DNA from: Asterias rubens
Lineage: Eukaryota
Direction: 5' to 3'
NCBI RefSeq assembly: GCF_902459465.1
Contig: NC_047076.1
Location: forward strand, 13,764,001-13,828,000
DNA: 64,000 nucleotides
In this document: positions 62,801-64,000 of the stretch, piece by piece
Numbering within the stretch: the first letter of the stretch is position 1
Layout of the letters: the number at the start of each line of letters is the position of its first letter
Notes under the pieces: model-generated
The model's input: only the letters and a program-made list of their open reading frames with translations
Database searches by the model: none
Told to the model about the DNA's origin: nothing
Translations under genes and position numbers: made by a program

Positions 62801-63587
62801 TATTGGAACAAATCTATAGAATGCACCTGCTGTGTTTGCCTTCACCGGGCTGGGAACGTCAAAGTTGTACGTGGGTCACAGTCAAACTACTGCTCTAATT
62901 TTTTATTCTTTCTTACTTGGTCTAGACTATAAGGGCTGCCAACATAGGGCTACTAGTATTACTACATTAGATTATAGATAGCTCAGTTGGTTACGCGCCG
63001 ACACGTTAAACCAGAGCTCGTGTGTTCAAGCCCCTCCCAAGTAAATTTGTCTTTAGTTCAAACCCAAATCATTCAAAATTTACCCAGTCAGTTTTTCCTT
63101 GTGGTTTATTATTTGATATCTAGGTGTAGACTTCTTTACAATTTGTTCAAGAATATGAATCAATATTGTATGGGCATTAAGAAGAGAAAGGATCTGGAGA
63201 GAAACAGGCATGCAACTCTTCCGCGGAATTCCACGTTTAAAAAAGAATGACATTCAAAAATAAATTTAAAAAACATAATAAACCTCAACATTTTCTAGGG
63301 TACCATTGTGGGTCTCATGTCCCGTGGCGTTTCGGCTGCCTCGCTCCGCACTTGTGTTTTGCCTTTGAAGATTTTCCTCTCTTTTTTTTAACAGGCAGTT
63401 GCATGCCTGGAGAAGTCTCAATTTGGTCCAAGAAAAATAATATTTTGTTTTAATATCCCTGGCCTTTAACTTTGAACGCTCAACGACATGCTTATAGGAA
63501 AATGTCAAGTTGTATTTGATTTTTGCAAAGGGCACCTAAGCAAAAGCACAGGCTGGGCACCACAGCAATGGGGGCTCAGCAGTGCTG

Positions 63588-63833
63588 GGCCCAATTTCGT
63601 GGCTCTGCTTACCGCCAAATTCTGCGCTCATGATCACGATTCCACGCTTACGTGCAAGCGCCGAATTTCTGCGCTAGCCTTGTAAGCCTAGAATGCCTAG
63701 TAACGGGGAGTACGCACGCGCAGAAGCCAAAATTTGCCGCTTACCCGTTAGCCGTGTGCCATAAGCACAGAATTCCCTGCTTCCGTATGCGCCAATTCTG
63801 TGCTTACGGTAAGCAGAGCCATGAAATTGGGCC
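63588..63833. mobile_element. Harbinger-type MITE with CTG TSD
   Basis: ctg|ggcccaatttcgtggctctgcttacc ... ggtaagcagagccatgaaattgggcc|ctg. Confidence 0.85.
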
Positions 63834-64000
63834 CTGGTGCTCGGGGTTAATTGAAGGCTTGATAGGGCAGTTGATGTGAATGCTTAAATTTACATCAGTT
63901 GAAATGGTTTGCTGCTTGGTGTACATAATAAGCCCCCTAAGCCTCTAATGGTTAGAGCTACACCAGGAAACAAGAAGCAATTCAGGATGCAGTTGGCTTT

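Overview
Eukaryotic, intron-rich, repeat-dense genomic DNA from an invertebrate deuterostome, probably an echinoderm (inferred from protein sequences and gene order). I reconstructed four complete genes by hand with phase-consistent splice sites: a CYTH/CyaB-like protein (+, 18971-21585, 180 aa), EF1-beta (-, 24596-27837, 226 aa), NDUFS1 (+, 28860-41578, 727 aa) and a divergent HCN-type channel (-, 44062-52409, 549 aa). The first coding exon of Par-3 (+, 57683-57802) and an isolated Greatwall/MASTL-like kinase-tail exon (-, 13120-13230) are also present. The gene-poor first 17 kb holds a dimeric ~323-bp satellite, an array of ten tRNA-like units (seven with CTA, the amber anticodon, in the anticodon position), a 69-nt tRNA-head array and a local segmental duplication. 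The most notable observations are the amber-type tRNA-like array, a quadruplicated splice acceptor in NDUFS1, the GFG-filter HCN channel with altered S4 gating residues, and an EEF1B/NDUFS1 head-to-head pair that matches the human arrangement. All coordinates were read by eye. Family assignments rest on recalled motifs, not database searches.
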